Shown piece by piece: positions 62,601-64,000 of a stretch of DNA of 64,000 nt. Position 1 is the first letter of the stretch. Every line of letters begins with the position of its first letter. Under the pieces are notes generated by a model. It made no database searches. It worked only from the letters and a program-made list of their open reading frames with translations, and was not told where the DNA came from. Location: contig OZ024740.1 of assembly GCA_964016885.1 (NCBI GenBank), positions 77,190,001-77,254,000 on the forward strand, read 5' to 3'. The stretch comes from Eledone cirrhosa (taxonomy: Eukaryota). The position numbers and the translations under genes are program-made.

Positions 62601-64000
62601 GGAGTTGGTGTTGGAGTTGGTGTTGAGGCTGGAGTGCTGTTCATGTTGATGTTGGTGTTGTTAGCGATGGTATTGGAGTTGGCGTTGGTGTTGGTGTTGG
62701 TGCTGTGGCTGGAGTGCTGTTGATGTTGATGTTAGCGTTGTTAGCGATGGTATTGGAGTTGGCGTCGGTGTTGGTGTTGGTGGTGGGGCTGGAGTGCTGT
62801 TGATGTTGATGTTGGTGTTGTTAGCGATGATATGGGAGTTGGCATTGGTGTTGGTGGTGGGGCTGGAGTGCTGTTGATGTTGATGTTGGTGTTGTTAGCG
62901 ATAGTATTGGAGTTGGTGTTGGTGGTGGGGCTGGACTGCTGTTGATGTTGATGTTGGTGTTGTTAGCGATGGTATTGGAGTTGGCATTGGTGTTGGTGGT
63001 GGAGCTGCAGTGCTGTTGATGTTGATGTTGGTGTTGTTAGCGATGGTATTGGAGTTGGCGTTGGTGTTAGTGTTGGTGGTGGGGTTGGAGTGCTGTTTAT
63101 GTTGATGTTGGTGTTGTTAGCGATGGTATTGGAGTTGGTGTTGGTGTTGGTGTTGGTGGTGTGGCTGGAGTGCTGTTGATGTTGATGTTGGTGTTGTTAG
63201 CGTTGGTATTGGAGTTGGCATTGGTGTTGGTGTTGGGGCTGGAGTGCTGTTGTTGTTGATGTTGGTGTTGTTAGCGATGGTATTGGAGTTGGCGTTGGTG
63301 TTGGTGGTGGGGCTGGAGTGCTGTTGATGTTGATGTTGGTGTTGTTAGTGATGGTATTGGAGTTGGTGTCGTATCGGTGGTGGTCGCGGTGCTGGAGCGC
63401 TGTTGATGTTGATGTTGGTGTTGCTAGCCATGGTATTGGAGTTGGTGTTGGTGTTGGTGGTGGGGCTGGAGTGCTGTTGATGTTGATGTTGGTGTTGTTA
63501 GCGATGGTATTGGAGTTGGCGATGGTTTTGGTGTTGGTGGTGGGGTTGGAGTGCTGTTGATGTTAATGTTGGTGTTGTTAGCGATGGTATTGGAGTTGGC
63601 GTTGGTGTTGGTGGTGGGGCTGGAGTGCTGTTGATGTTGATGCTGGTGTTGTTAGTGATGGTATTGGAGTTGGCGTTGGTGTTGGTGGTGGGGCTGGAGT
63701 GTTGCTGATGTTGATGTTGGTGTTGTTAGGGATGGTATTGGAGTTGGCGTTGGTGTTGGTGGTGGCTCTGGAGTGCTGTTAATGTTGATGTTGGTGTTAA
63801 GCGATGGTATTGGAGTTGGGGCTGGAATGCTGTTTATGTTGATGTTGGTGTTGTTAGCGATGGTATTGGATTCGGCGTTGGTGTTGGTGTTGGTGGTTGG
63901 GTTGGAGTGCTGTTGATGTTAATGTTGGTGTTGTTAGCGATGGTATTGGATTTGGCGTTGGTGTTGGTGTTGGTGGTGGGGTTGGAGTGCTGTTGATGTT
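53700..64000. repeat. Block G: 53.7-56.1 kb duplicated at 58.8-62.0 kb, with a further partial copy from ~62.66 kb
   Basis: C of ttcatg at 53855/58962 (offset 5107). tctaga at 54743/60812 and 54811/60880 (offset 6069). ORFs 54816/60885 and 55950/61797/63318. Confidence 0.87.
57630..58230. repeat. Local 302-bp tetramer duplication (3x74+80)
   Basis: ttgttgggctggagtgctgatg at 57831 and 58133. Confidence 0.82.

Larger units (their letters stand above)
1..64000. repeat. Tandem satellite array, 74-bp consensus monomer (variants mostly 68/80/86/92 bp), about 850 copies, single orientation, runs off both window ends
   Basis: The motif ctgttgatgttgatgttggtgttgttagcgatggtattggagttgg...ggtggtggggctggagtg recurs every ~74 bp from base 1 to 64000. 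The consensus with ggcgtt counts 34 G, 29 T, 7 A, 4 C. I saw no reverse-oriented copies and no unique sequence. Confidence 0.99.

Noticed and set aside
1144-63560. Dozens of + strand 60-125 aa hydrophobic ORFs (MLLMLMLVLLAMVLEL...) resembling signal peptides or membrane proteins
   Set aside because: They are translations of the G/T-rich repeat. Most start at GTG/TTG, and they exceed the length cutoff only where an indel or substitution skips the usual TGA/TAG stops. There is no unique domain or gene context.
1-64000. CRISPR array (constant ~45-bp part plus variable ~30-bp part)
   Set aside because: The variable part is the same sequence with hexamer indels and SNPs, not unique spacers. The constant part is not palindromic, and there is no leader or cas gene.
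1-64000. Embedded transposon, RNA gene, inversion or hidden unique insert
   Set aside because: Every stretch I read aligns to the monomer in the same orientation. The scarcity of A and C on + rules out extended Watson-Crick hairpins. A very short insert could have been missed by eye.
1-64000. Assignment to a named satellite family or species
   Set aside because: I do not recognise the monomer. A Dfam/Repbase/nt search is needed.

Overview
The whole 64 kb window is one uninterrupted head-to-tail satellite array of roughly 850 monomers (64,000 / ~75 bp). I saw no gene, RNA gene, transposon, inversion or unique sequence. The consensus monomer is 74 bp on the + strand: ctgttgatgttgatgttggtgttgttagcgatggtattggag ttggYgttggtgttggtggtggggctggagtg (written without the space). 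It is about 51% GC and 85% G+T on +, and is built from GNT triplets and GTTGGT-like hexamers. Length variants are mostly 68/74/80/86/92 bp. All listed ORFs are translations of the repeat and I do not call them genes. The real structure is hierarchical: homogenised monomer runs, 2-4-mer local higher-order repeats (148, 154, 216, 302 bp), 1-3 kb tandem duplications, and a ~5-6.5 kb higher-order unit present three times (26-44 kb). The two flanks (1-22 kb and 48-64 kb) share rare variants in the same order around a different, more homogeneous core. Inference only: on the minus strand the monomer is one base short of an open 25-codon mucin-like Pro/Thr/Ser repeat. The organism and chromosomal context cannot be determined from this window, and block boundaries are approximate to about one monomer.
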